From NCBI RefSeq assembly GCF_003044035.1, contig NZ_NVQC01000009.1, forward strand, positions 120,001 through 152,000: a stretch of 32,000 nucleotides of DNA. The letters run 5' to 3'. The position numbers and the translations under genes were made by a program. Under the pieces are notes generated by a model that searched no databases, had not been told where the DNA came from, and worked only from the letters and a program-made list of their open reading frames with translations. The DNA is from Candidatus Methylomirabilis limnetica. Lineage in GTDB: Bacteria > Methylomirabilota > Methylomirabilia > Methylomirabilales > Methylomirabilaceae. Below, piece after piece: positions 1 to 7,987 of this stretch (within the stretch, counting starts at the first letter, position 1; every line of letters starts with the position of its first letter).

Positions 1-29
1 GCCAATAGCTGATCTCTGCCAGCTTCTCA

Positions 30-1478
30 TCAACCCAACCCATACTCTTTCCATCGTTGGTCTACGAGGGCCTTGGTCTCGCGATCCATGACCTGTTCCT
101 CCGGCCACTCGCGCGTGAATCCCTCCTCTTTCCACTTGCGTGTTCCGTCGATCCCCATCTTTGAGCCATACCGGGGCAGCCGACTGGCGTGATCCAGGGT
201 TTCGACCGGGCCCATGACAAACTCGATATCGCGCTCCGGGTCGATATGGTTCAGGACCTTCCAGGTCACTTCGGCCGGATCGCGGACGTTCACATCCTTG
301 TCCACGACGACGATCACCTTCGAAAACATCGCCTGGCCGAGGCCCCAGATCGCGTGCATGATCTTGCGCGCGTGGCCCGGGTAGGCTTTATCGATACTGA
401 CGATGACGAGGTTATGAAAGACCCCGGCGAACGGCATGTGAAAGTCCACGATTTCCGGTAACTGTTTTCTCAGGAGGGGGAGGGACATCCGTTCCACGGC
501 AGTCCCCATGTGACAGTCTTCCATGGGTGGGCGGCCGACGATGGTGGTCTGATAAATCGGATCCCGGCGGTGGGTGACGGCCGTCAGGTGAAAGACGGGA
601 TAGTGGTCAGCAAGGGAGTAAAAGCCGGTGTGGTCGCCGAATGGCCCCTCCAGGCGCAGCTCATCCGGTTCGACGTACCCTTCCAGCACAATCTCGGCGT
701 TGGCGGGAACCTCCAGATCGACGGTCTCGCACTGAACAAGCTCGACGGACCGCTTCCGCAGAAAGCCGGCGATGAGCATCTCATCAATCCCGTCGGGCGC
801 CGGTATGACTGCCGACAGGGTGGTGGCCGGATCAGGCCCCAGGGCAACGGCGACCTCGGTACGGCGACCCAGCCGCCGGTTTTTCTCGTAGTGTCTGGCC
901 CCGCCGTGATGGATGTGCCAGTGCATGCCTGCGGTCCGTTCGTCGAAGATCTGCATTCGATACATGCCGCAATTGCGCGTGCCGGTTTCGGGATCTTTGG
1001 TGAAGACCAAGGGCATTGTCACGAATCGGCCGCCATCCAGCGGCCAGCACTTGAGGGTCGGCAACGGGTCGAATGAGGGCTCTTTCGTGATGCGTACCTC
1101 CTTGCACGGGCCATCCTTCACCCGTTTGGGCAGGTAGCGGGCCATCTCCGCGAGCTTGGGCAACATCCGGAGCTTCTCAAAGAACCCTTCCGGGGGCTTG
1201 ATCTCGGTGACGCTGTCCAGCTCACTGGCCAGATCGTCCAGCGAGGCGCGCTGCAACGCCAGGCACATCTGCTCCTCGGAGCCGAAGGCGTTGATCAGGA
1301 CCGGCATCGATGAATCCTTGACCCGTTCGAAGAGCAGGGCCGGTCCGAACCGCTTGCTGACTCGATCAGTGATTTCGGTAATCTCGAGAATCGGATCGAC
1401 CTGGGTCTTGATCCGCTTCAGCAGTCCCCGCTGCTCCAGCGCCGCGATAAAGGCCCGCAGATCCTCGTATGCCATCAT
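30..1478 (-). CDS. ubiD: UbiD-family (prFMN-dependent) aromatic-acid decarboxylase
   Basis: The ORF 30..1586 translates to a UbiD-like protein over its whole length (MAYEDLRAFIAALEQRGLLKRIK..., ...GPFGDHTGFYS...). The likely start is the ATGATG at 1478, because the 36 upstream codons run through a REP-like palindrome. Confidence 0.88.
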   Translation of the reverse strand: MMAYEDLRAFIAALEQRGLLKRIKTQVDPILEITEITDRVSKRFGPALLFERVKDSSMPVLINAFGSEEQMCLALQRASLDDLASELDSVTEIKPPEGFFEKLRMLPKLAEMARYLPKRVKDGPCKEVRITKEPSFDPLPTLKCWPLDGGRFVTMPLVFTKDPETGTRNCGMYRMQIFDERTAGMHWHIHHGGARHYEKNRRLGRRTEVAVALGPDPATTLSAVIPAPDGIDEMLIAGFLRKRSVELVQCETVDLEVPANAEIVLEGYVEPDELRLEGPFGDHTGFYSLADHYPVFHLTAVTHRRDPIYQTTIVGRPPMEDCHMGTAVERMSLPLLRKQLPEIVDFHMPFAGVFHNLVIVSIDKAYPGHARKIMHAIWGLGQAMFSKVIVVVDKDVNVRDPAEVTWKVLNHIDPERDIEFVMGPVETLDHASRLPRYGSKMGIDGTRKWKEEGFTREWPEEQVMDRETKALVDQRWKEYGLG

Positions 1479-1516
1479 AACTCCAAGCGGTGAGCTGTCA
1501 GCGCTCAGCAATTGGT

Positions 1517-1571
1517 GTAGGGGCAGGGCTTGCCCTGCCCAAAGAGGGCGCAGCAAGCAGCGCCCATACGC
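1517..1571. repeat. REP-like double-hairpin extragenic repeat, copy 1
   Basis: The sequence GTAGGGGCAGGGCTTGCCCTGCCCAAAGAGGGCGCAGCAAGCAGCGCCCATACGC is nearly identical to 27555..27609. It has two stems, GGGCAGGGC/GCCCTGCCC and GGGCGC/GCGCCC. It lies just upstream of a minus-strand start codon. Confidence 0.8.
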
Positions 1572-1811
1572 GGCTGATAGCTGCACTATTGAACGCTGCC
1601 ACTATAGCGGAGGGAGGTGAGGTCGGCAAGCAAAAATGGGTCAACAGAAAAGGCAATCGCCGCAGACCGATGGCGCCTCCTCGCGCATCTTAGAATGGTG
1701 GGTACGGTATGGAGTCGAGGTGTGAGTAAATCTGTCCCTTTTTCGATAGATTCCACTTGACCGATCAGATTGTACTGTAGATGATGATGTATATTCGAGA
1801 AAGGCAGAGTC

Positions 1812-2069
1812 ATGCCCCGTAAAGTGCGAAAACAAATCTATCTTGATCCCCACCATGCGCAGCTCTTGAAGCAGTTGGCGCGTGATCTCGGGGTGTCGGA
1901 AGCGGCGCTCATTCGGCAGGCCGTGGACCAACAGGCGGCCCACCTTACACCCCTCCGCCGCGACCCAGCCGCCTGGCAGCAAGAGCGGGCCTTTATTGAA
2001 CGCCTCATCCAGGATGGCACCGTCCCTGGCAGACGGACCTGGAAACGGGATGATCTCCATGAGCGGTGA
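1812..2069 (+). CDS. Ribbon-helix-helix (CopG/VapB-like) antitoxin-type protein
   Basis: The 85-aa product has an N-terminal RHH-like segment (KQIYLDPHHAQLLKQLARDLGVSEAALIRQAVD). Its stop overlaps the ATG of a PIN-like remnant. Confidence 0.55.
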   Translation: MPRKVRKQIYLDPHHAQLLKQLARDLGVSEAALIRQAVDQQAAHLTPLRRDPAAWQQERAFIERLIQDGTVPGRRTWKRDDLHER

Positions 2070-2213
2070 GGTCTTGGTCGATCGAACGTACTTGCCTACG
2101 CCTACGACCGACCCTCGGAGCGCGCCAAGCAGCGCCTAGCCCTAGCCGTGCTGGACCTCTTGGCGGGTACGCAGCGCGGGGTCCTGACGACTCAGGTCTT
2201 CGAAGGGGTGTGA
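2059..2213 (+). pseudogene. Frameshifted and truncated PIN-domain (VapC-like) toxin remnant
   Basis: The ATG at 2059 overlaps the RHH stop. The frame reads MSGEVLVDRTYLP... and stops at 2139. A second frame continues with ...LAVLDLLAGTQRGVLTTQVFEGV*, which resembles the first ~50 residues of VapC proteins. No remainder of the domain is present. Confidence 0.4.
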
Positions 2214-2333
2214 GCAGTTAATCCGGCCGCGTTCCGTAAAGCGCTCACAACGCTTTTCTTCCTTGACACTTCCTGGCGCTTTCCGATACAAGACAACGGT
2301 CACACGTGAATGCAGAGTTCTGGGAGAAGCGCG

Positions 2334-3068
2334 ATGAAGCTCATGATCAGTGTGCGGGACGAGCAAGAGGCGGTAGCCGCTTTGGCCGGTGGAGCCGATA
2401 TCATCGATGTCAAGAATCCGGCCGAGGGATCGCTGGGCGCCGGGCGACCGGAGACCATCGCAGCGATCGTAAGGGCGGTCCAGGCCGCCGCCCCTGTCAG
2501 CGCATCGATCGGCGACGTCCCGAATCTTCCAGGAACCGTGGCGCTAGCCGGCCTGGGGGCGGCCACCTGCGGTGTTCGACTCGTCAAGGTGGGATTGCTG
2601 GGGACCAGGACAGGAGCAGAGGCGGCCAACCTGCTCGATGCCGTCAGTGGCGCATTGCGGATGGCGAACGGTACAGTGGGTCTGGTAGCTTGCGCCTACG
2701 CCGATGCCGCCCTTGTTGGTTCGCTCGATCCGCTTGAGCTTCCTGAGGCCGCCGCCCCCTTTGCCGAAGGGTGCCTCATCGATACCGCCATCAAAGATGG
2801 GCGAACCCTTTTCCAGTGCCTTCCGGAGGCGACCATCACCCGCTTCATTCAGCAGTGCCACGATCGGGGGCTCTTCTGCGCCCTGGCGGGCTCCCTGCAG
2901 CAGGCAGATATCCTCAGAGCCCTAGCGCTCGGCGCCGACATCGTCGGCGTACGAACCGCAGCCTGCGAGGGAGGACAGCGAAGCGGCTCTATTTCCACGA
3001 AGTTGGTGGAACGCCTGAAAGCGAGTCTCTCTTCGCACCTCAAATCCCCCTGTGTCCCCCTTTTGTAA
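2334..3068 (+). CDS. mfnB: (5-formylfuran-3-yl)methyl phosphate synthase (MfnB/DUF556 family)
   Basis: MKLMISVRDEQEAVAALAGGADIIDVKNPAEGSLGA...IGDVP..PGTV...KVGL.G......LIDTAIKDGRTLF...CALAGSL matches the MfnB family as I remember it. The start ATG is at 2334. Confidence 0.8.
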   Translation: MKLMISVRDEQEAVAALAGGADIIDVKNPAEGSLGAGRPETIAAIVRAVQAAAPVSASIGDVPNLPGTVALAGLGAATCGVRLVKVGLLGTRTGAEAANLLDAVSGALRMANGTVGLVACAYADAALVGSLDPLELPEAAAPFAEGCLIDTAIKDGRTLFQCLPEATITRFIQQCHDRGLFCALAGSLQQADILRALALGADIVGVRTAACEGGQRSGSISTKLVERLKASLSSHLKSPCVPLL

Positions 3069-3753
3069 AGGGGGGGTGGGGGGATTTCGTACCTCGCGTA
3101 ACCACGCACGTTCCCACTGTCCTCCTGCATTCCAGCCACTCCTTGACACGAGTAGGTCGCGCCCCATTGATGATCCAGCAACAGCCAATCCCGTTCAGCC
3201 ACCTGGCAAACTCGCGATCCACGCCGCTGTAACGCGGGAGGCGTGAGCGCGCGACGCGCGGAAGCAGGGGGGCGAACGGGTCGACCTTCGGATCCCGCGC
3301 AAAGATCCCATCCACATGCTTCAGCAGCAGCAAGGCATCCGCCCCAACACGTCCGGCGATATAGGCGGCGATCGAATCCGAGGTGACACCCCAAGAATGC
3401 GCAAAGGGATCGTGGCGAGCAAGGGATCGGGAGGGGAGGTAGACCGGAAGTTGGCCGCACCGGATCACCTCCATGACCTGGTTCAGGCTGGAGGCCGGAG
3501 CAGCCTGTGAGGCGAGGTCACAAAGCTCAAGACCATACTGATCCATCGCCAGGATAGCCATCCGGTGCGCGGCGCTTTCAGTGAGCCGTAATCGGCGATA
3601 CTCTGCCCGCACCAGATCGGCAAATACCCCGCCACCCGGAATCACCAACACGTTGGTAGCGCCCTTCCACCGCGCAATGGAATCGAGCAGCTTCCCCAGA
3701 CCGCGCGACCGGCCGAGACTCCCGCCCACCTTGATGACGACGTCGATCTTCAT
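3040..3753 (-). CDS. mfnE: Amino-acid-kinase-fold protein of the methanofuran/H4MPT cluster type (MfnE-like)
   Basis: MKIDVVIKVGGSLGRS...VLVIPGGGVFADLVR is an aspartate/glutamate/uridylate-kinase-fold N-terminus. The gene clusters with mfnB, mfnF-like and mfnD-like genes. Confidence 0.65.
   Translation of the reverse strand: MKIDVVIKVGGSLGRSRGLGKLLDSIARWKGATNVLVIPGGGVFADLVRAEYRRLRLTESAAHRMAILAMDQYGLELCDLASQAAPASSLNQVMEVIRCGQLPVYLPSRSLARHDPFAHSWGVTSDSIAAYIAGRVGADALLLLKHVDGIFARDPKVDPFAPLLPRVARSRLPRYSGVDREFARWLNGIGCCWIINGARPTRVKEWLECRRTVGTCVVTRGTKSPHPPFTKGGHRGI
3042..3087. terminator. C-run/G-run hairpin between convergent mfnB and mfnE-like genes
   Basis: The sequence is AAATCCCCCtgtgtCCCCCttttgtaaaGGGGGGGtGGGGGGATTT, with nested inverted repeats. 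It covers the 3' ends of both convergent ORFs. Confidence 0.4.
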
Positions 3754-4156
3754 GATTCAGCTCTCAGCCCTTCAGCCGTGGCTGACCGCTGATGGTTGAT
3801 GACCGTTAGGAGCACTCGGTCGAGGTGAGAATACCTGACATGCATCAGAAATCCAACGGGCGAGATATACCGGAGCCACTTCCTGTAATCGGCGCGGAGA
3901 GAGAAAGGACCCGCCTTTTTTCCAGGTCGGTGTCAAAGTGTTTTAAAATATTTGGCGGAATACTCAGCATATGACAGCGAACCAACAGTGACTAATCCGC
4001 GGACCGCATAGTAGGCGTTTCATATTGGATATTCCGTGCATTGCCTATTAATCATGTGCTAAATGTAATGAAACCTTATCGTTTACGTCAAGTTGTTGTT
4101 TCGTCTTGACCGTGTAGAATCATCTGTGCTGTACTTATCCGTCCATCTAATAATTG

Positions 4157-4277
4157 GTTCTCCCTTCGCGTCGCTCAGGGAGAACGCGGAGCTGAGCCGG
4201 TACCTCTTCCCGCCGCTCCGCTCCAGGAGAACCAGAGGCACGAAACCGACCACTACGCGGCGGCTCAGCCCCGCGTT
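4157..4277 (+). repeat. Palindromic boundary repeat type C (attC-like mini-unit), copy 1
   Basis: The unit reads G|TTCTCCC-N13-GGGAGAAC GCGGAGCTGAGCCGG...CGGCTCAGCCCCGCG|TTAAAT. It is about 90% identical to 8164..8284, and homology to that copy starts at GTT and stops at GTTA. Confidence 0.8.
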
Positions 4278-4302
4278 AAATAATAGTCCGGCGTGGTGCA
4301 AC

Positions 4303-5481
4303 ATGGATGAGCTTCTTATTATACTTGGGTCTGGCGCTACTGCTGCCATAAGCGAGGGAACTTTGCCTGTCGGTAAAGATTTCTTTTCGTCTCGCAATTC
4401 TACTTGGTCTTCTAACAGTGCAGACTATCCTCACCTGGCTGCAGCTTGTCAAGAAGTCGCAGCCCTCAAGAGCTATTTTGGGGATCTGAATCCTGTATCC
4501 CTCACCGACGTATGGTTGTTCTTGGACACCGTGCTCAAGTATCACTCAGCAACAAGACAGAACAAGGACTATGACTATGACTTACTCAGGATCCGCTATG
4601 ACAAAATGGGCAAGGATGTTCCCATCTATCTCCAACTGGGCCATCTCAATGCCGCCTATTCTAGGCTCAGTGCTGGCATGCATCCTCTATTCTCACCGTT
4701 GCGTAAGAGGATATACGACACGCTCCCACAGGATGACGCAGTTGTCTACTTCCTCGTCGTTGCTGGCTGGGAGTTGAAGCACTTACTCTACAGAACTTAC
4801 GATCCAAGAGAAGCACCGTCAGGGATAGAACTGTATCGGCGCCTACTGGCGGAATTACAGGACTTGAAGGGTCACGCGGTTATCAGCTTCAACTACGATA
4901 TATTCTTCGAAATGTCATGCAGTAAGCCATTGCATCTTCTCGCGGAGGATCAAACTGCGGAAGGCGAAGGTGCAATAGACTTCTGTAAACCTCACGGGGG
5001 CTGGAACATCCGACATGTCGACAACTGCATTATGCCCTTCTGTAGCTTAACCAGGTTCGTCGAGGACACATCTTTTGACAAGCTACCAGACCGTGAGGAG
5101 AGACCAGCTATGATACCCTATTTTTCTTATCCTGACGAGATCGAGATACAGCACCGTGACCAATATCCACAGGTTGGGCAGTTCTTTCGTGACCAGCATC
5201 ACAAAATGAAGAAACTGTTTCAGAACGCGAAGAATGTGGTCTCCATAGGCTATTCATTCTCAAAAGATGACAGACACGTGAGAAGTATCGTGGAGAAAGA
5301 TCTACCGAGTAGCTTTGGCCGAGGCAAGAGAATGTTCTGCGCATTGAGAGGGAGTTCCTATAGAAAAGATATCATGGATCTCTGGAAGTTTGACGAGGAG
5401 GACGGCAAGACATTCAGTTACTATGGAAGCGGTTTCGAAAATACATGCATTGATAAGATCAAGACCTTCCTCAAGTATTAG
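4303..5481 (+). CDS. SIR2-like (SIR2_2-type) NAD-binding-fold protein, stand-alone
   Basis: Motifs occur in the order typical of the SIR2_2 family: LIILGSGATAA, ISFNYDIFFE, FCKPHGGWN, VVSIGYSFSKDDRHV. The start ATG at 4303 lies directly after the type C repeat. The 70 upstream codons of the tracked ORF run through the repeat. Confidence 0.6.
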   Translation: MDELLIILGSGATAAISEGTLPVGKDFFSSRNSTWSSNSADYPHLAAACQEVAALKSYFGDLNPVSLTDVWLFLDTVLKYHSATRQNKDYDYDLLRIRYDKMGKDVPIYLQLGHLNAAYSRLSAGMHPLFSPLRKRIYDTLPQDDAVVYFLVVAGWELKHLLYRTYDPREAPSGIELYRRLLAELQDLKGHAVISFNYDIFFEMSCSKPLHLLAEDQTAEGEGAIDFCKPHGGWNIRHVDNCIMPFCSLTRFVEDTSFDKLPDREERPAMIPYFSYPDEIEIQHRDQYPQVGQFFRDQHHKMKKLFQNAKNVVSIGYSFSKDDRHVRSIVEKDLPSSFGRGKRMFCALRGSSYRKDIMDLWKFDEEDGKTFSYYGSGFENTCIDKIKTFLKY

Positions 5482-5761
5482 GATTTGCCGGAGTGCATAT
5501 CTAGCCAGTCGTTCCAGACCGAATTTGACTCGCAGGCTCGCCAAATCGGCTGAACTTGGTCATTAGGCGGCAGTAGGCCGATGGGTATGTGATTCGGAGC
5601 GTTGCCCCCGTCAGGGAAGCAGGCCAGGATCCCGTTGAGTTCGGCGCCGAAGCGACCATCTGGAGGCTCCCTGGAAGCCGCACGTGAGGCGCCAGAGTGT
5701 AGGACGGTGGGTCTAGCCATGTATCCAGTACCGGGACATCATCGTGGGAGACATTATTAAA

Positions 5762-6541
5762 ATGAAAGGCAATTCGCCTCTCCGCCTTTTGGTCTCTCTC
5801 GTAGTTCTGGTGATCGGCGGTTGCAGCACGGTTTCCGTTCAACCGCCGTTAGGATCATCTACCGAACAAAAGCAGCACAAAGAGCGGTCCAACAATTACG
5901 AGATTGGCCGCGAGCAAGTGGCAAGCATCGGTGAGGCAGTCATCAGAGTTAAGGAATTCGAAGTCTTTGAAACCAGAGCTATCGATAGTGATCGCGTTGC
6001 CCCCGACAGAAATTTCGATGGCGTGTGTGAGCTTCCCGGACCCGACCTCAGGTTTCGCGGTACCAAAGACAAGCCGTTTCCGATTGCCGGTACGACACAA
6101 GCTAACAATGCGACGTATCGAATTATTGTGGTTGCAAGGAACCTGTCAGGTGAGTCTATCGGGGTGGCGTTGAACGCTGATTCTGGCGTGGCAGCCGGTC
6201 CGTGTGCCCATCGAACTCTTCTCGGGTGGCGATTAGTAGGCACAGCAAAGTTTTTATCGGCTGGTGGCCCACCGATTTTCTCGACCCCTACAAGGATTAC
6301 ACGCATCGTCGGGCAAATGGCTGGGCCGGACAACTTTGAATTGGTTTACTTAGGCATTACGAGACAATCGATGTCCCTTCTGTATCGAGAGTATACCGAT
6401 CAGGATTTCGCACGACCGGCGTTTTCGCAGACGCTAAACTATGACCTATCGGACTCTGATGTGATTGCGTTTCGTAAGCTTCGTATCCGAGTAATTAAAG
6501 CTGGCAATCAAGACATCCGGTATGTTGTTACAGCGAACTAG
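5762..6541 (+). CDS. Hypothetical lipoprotein
   Basis: MKGNSPLRLLVSLVVLVIGGC has a signal peptide with a lipobox (IGGC). No recognisable domain follows. Confidence 0.6.
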   Translation: MKGNSPLRLLVSLVVLVIGGCSTVSVQPPLGSSTEQKQHKERSNNYEIGREQVASIGEAVIRVKEFEVFETRAIDSDRVAPDRNFDGVCELPGPDLRFRGTKDKPFPIAGTTQANNATYRIIVVARNLSGESIGVALNADSGVAAGPCAHRTLLGWRLVGTAKFLSAGGPPIFSTPTRITRIVGQMAGPDNFELVYLGITRQSMSLLYREYTDQDFARPAFSQTLNYDLSDSDVIAFRKLRIRVIKAGNQDIRYVVTAN

Positions 6542-6650
6542 TGACCCTAAAACAGCGATAGGAATAACGCAAAAACCTTATGGGCCGCTCTGGGAGCGGA
6601 TATAAAGGGGTGTGCTCGACACAGTCCCTTTAACCCACAAGGTGAGACCC

Positions 6651-6800
6651 ATGATACGACAGACGGTGTTCCCTTTCAAGCTGCAACGGAGCGACGAGAC
6701 CTTGACCGCCCACGGAGGTTTGGCCCTGCTGGCCGAGTATAACCACAGTCTGGGGCTGCGGACCCTGGCTGATCGGCATCTGCCCAGTCCTAGAGAAAAA
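6651..6800 (+). pseudogene. N-terminal remnant of a DDE transposase (IS1380/IS4-like), cut off by the repeat motif
   Basis: MIRQTVFPFKLQRSDETLTAHGGLALLAEYNHSLGLRTLADRHLPSP resembles IS1380-type transposase N-termini as I remember them. The frame ends in the TAG of GAAAAATAGGG at 6795-6803. Confidence 0.5.
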
Positions 6801-7362
6801 TAGGGACAGACACTATTTATCGTGGTGATTCGTGGCGTGTACGGTCATGATCGTGCATTCCACGGATTACTCGAATCGTTGTACCCGGCCACCCGTATCA
6901 TGTGACGCGAAAATAGGGACAGACACTATTATCGTGACGATTCGTGGTGTTCGCGGTCATGATCGTGCAGGCCACGGATTGCTCGAATCGTTGCACATGG
7001 CCACCCGTATCATGTGACGCAACGAGGGAATTATCGCTAGGCGGCCTTTCGGCACGACAGCGATTCGAAAAATAGGGACAGACACTATTATCGTGACAAT
7101 TCGTGGTGCTCGTGGTCATTATCGTACATGTCATGGATTGCTGGAATGGTTGCACCAAGCCACCCGTATCATGTGACGCAACGAGGGAATTATCACCAGA
7201 CGGTTTTTCGGAACGACAGCGATTCGTAGGCACACGATGACAGAGCGACCACTGGGAAGAGATGGGTTCATCTGGGAGGTGCGCAGGAAACTGGGACGAG
7301 TAATACGCGTGTTGCAGAGGGGAAGGCCAAGACAGGACCTCAACGAATAGTGTCTGTCCTTA
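6795..7362 (+). repeat. Module A array: two 3'-truncated copies followed by one full 290-nt copy
   Basis: Each unit starts at GAAAA(A)TAGGGACAGACACTATT (TAGGG at 6801, 6914 and 7073). Unit 1 stops after ~108 nt and unit 2 after ~154 nt. Unit 3 runs to the inverted repeat AATAGTGTCTGTCCTTA at 7346-7362. Confidence 0.85.
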
Positions 7363-7486
7363 TACCCTACCCATCCGGCGAGGTGTCAGACTGCGTGTCC
7401 GGCATCTGGGATGAACTCGCGGCTGGCGCGCCAGGAGAAGACGCTCCGGCCGGGGTGCGCCTACCACCCTGACTGAATCTGCCGAA

Positions 7487-7558
7487 CCGCCGTATACGTG
7501 ATCCGTATGTACGGTGGCGTGGGAGGGGGGAGGCCGTGAGGCCCCTCCCTATCCCGAT
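7487..7558 (+). ncRNA. Group II intron domains V and VI (class C type)
   Basis: Domain V is CCGCCGUAUACGUGAUCCGUAUGUACGGUGG: a CGC triad, a 2-nt bulge on the 3' strand and a 5-bp upper stem. Domain VI is a G-rich/C-rich helix with a GUGA loop and a bulged A at 7551, which is 7 nt from the ...GAU end. Confidence 0.8.
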
Positions 7559-7573
7559 TGGTTTTTACGCAGA

Positions 7574-7603
7574 TTGACAACGATTGAAGATTCAGGCCAT
7601 ATT
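7574..7603 (+). promoter_or_regulatory. Candidate sigma70-type promoter for the phd-like gene
   Basis: TTGACA (7574-7579), an 18-nt spacer and CATATT (7598-7603) lie about 30 nt upstream of the start codon. This rests on a pattern match only. Confidence 0.3.
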
Positions 7604-7634
7604 TGGTACCACTAATGGACTGGAGGTTATCATA

Positions 7635-7922
7635 ATGAAAATTAAAGAAGACATTAAACCCATTTCTTATTTGAAGTCTCGGTCTGCTGATTTAATATCC
7701 CAAATTAACGAAACTCGTAGGCCAGTGATAATTACTCAGAATGGTGAACCTCGTGCAGTTATTCAGGACGCGGAGTCCTATGAAAAAACAATCAATTCTC
7801 TAAACTTAATGAGAATATTGGCGCATGGAGAGAAAGCCATCCAAAAAGGGGACACCATCAAACAAGAAGACCTTTTTAAGCGAATTGATGAAACCTTAAT
7901 GAAAAGGAAGACACATCAATAG
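7635..7922 (+). CDS. Phd/YefM-family type II antitoxin
   Basis: MKIKEDIKPISYLKSRSADLISQINETRRPVIITQNGEPRAVIQDAESYE is a Phd/YefM signature. An RBS (TGGAGG) lies 8 nt upstream of the ATG at 7635. Confidence 0.8.
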   Translation: MKIKEDIKPISYLKSRSADLISQINETRRPVIITQNGEPRAVIQDAESYEKTINSLNLMRILAHGEKAIQKGDTIKQEDLFKRIDETLMKRKTHQ

Positions 7923-7925
7923 ACC

Positions 7926-7987
7926 ATGAAAAGATTCGGGGTTGAGTGGGCTCAGCCAGCGAGTAATATAGAAATAGGCAAGGGAAA
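7926..7987 (+). pseudogene. Truncated RelE/ParE-like toxin gene (first ~20 codons only)
   Basis: An ATG lies 3 nt after the phd stop. It reads MKRFGVEWAQPASNIEIGKG and then runs straight into the repeat motif GAAATAGGGACAGACAC. The call rests on position and on the N-terminal pattern. Confidence 0.35.

Larger units (their letters stand above)
6795..7558 (+). mobile_element. 5'-truncated ORF-less group IIC intron copy with duplicated internal module
   Basis: Positions 7073-7558 are collinear with 16226-16708 of the complete intron. That span includes the 3' strand of the domain I closing helix, domain V, domain VI and a terminal ...CCCGAT. The first ~130 nt of the intron are absent. Confidence 0.75.

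Noticed and set aside
1727-1747. An inverted partial match to the hairpin motif (ATCTGTCCCTTTTTCG versus the complement GTCTGTCCCTATTTTTC) near the RHH/PIN remnant.
   Set aside because: Only about 9 contiguous nucleotides plus a T-run match, the TA is missing and there is no flanking homology to any repeat unit. This is too weak to call without a genome-wide motif model.
3754-4156. An AT-rich region at the left edge of the island, considered as a possible attI site, cassette promoter or tRNA target.
   Set aside because: I could find no tRNA-like cloverleaf, no integrase gene to the left (mfnE sits there) and no convincing -35/-10 pair. GTTAGGA and GTTGATG strings occur, but nothing distinguishes them from chance.
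5482-5743. The spacer after the SIR2-like gene, considered as a canonical attC site.
   Set aside because: It starts with a type-B-like GGATTTGCC..TGCAT and holds imperfect palindromes. However, its ends read GTT...AAC rather than AAC...GTT, no R''/R' pair complementary to the cassette start (TTAAAT) is present and it has no second copy in the window. It is left unassigned.
6832-7343. ORFs of 61-111 aa within module A copies. The ORFs at 11130..11343 and 16329..16622 are similar cases.
   Set aside because: The frames are not conserved between copies, since substitutions and indels break them. There are no RBSs, and the products are implausible. The conservation is better explained at the nucleotide or structure level.
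6795-7558. A retron or diversity-generating retroelement as the explanation for the IR-bounded module.
   Set aside because: No reverse-transcriptase ORF lies anywhere in the window. There is no template/variable repeat pair with adenine-specific differences. The 3' flanking RNA is clearly group II intron domains V and VI.
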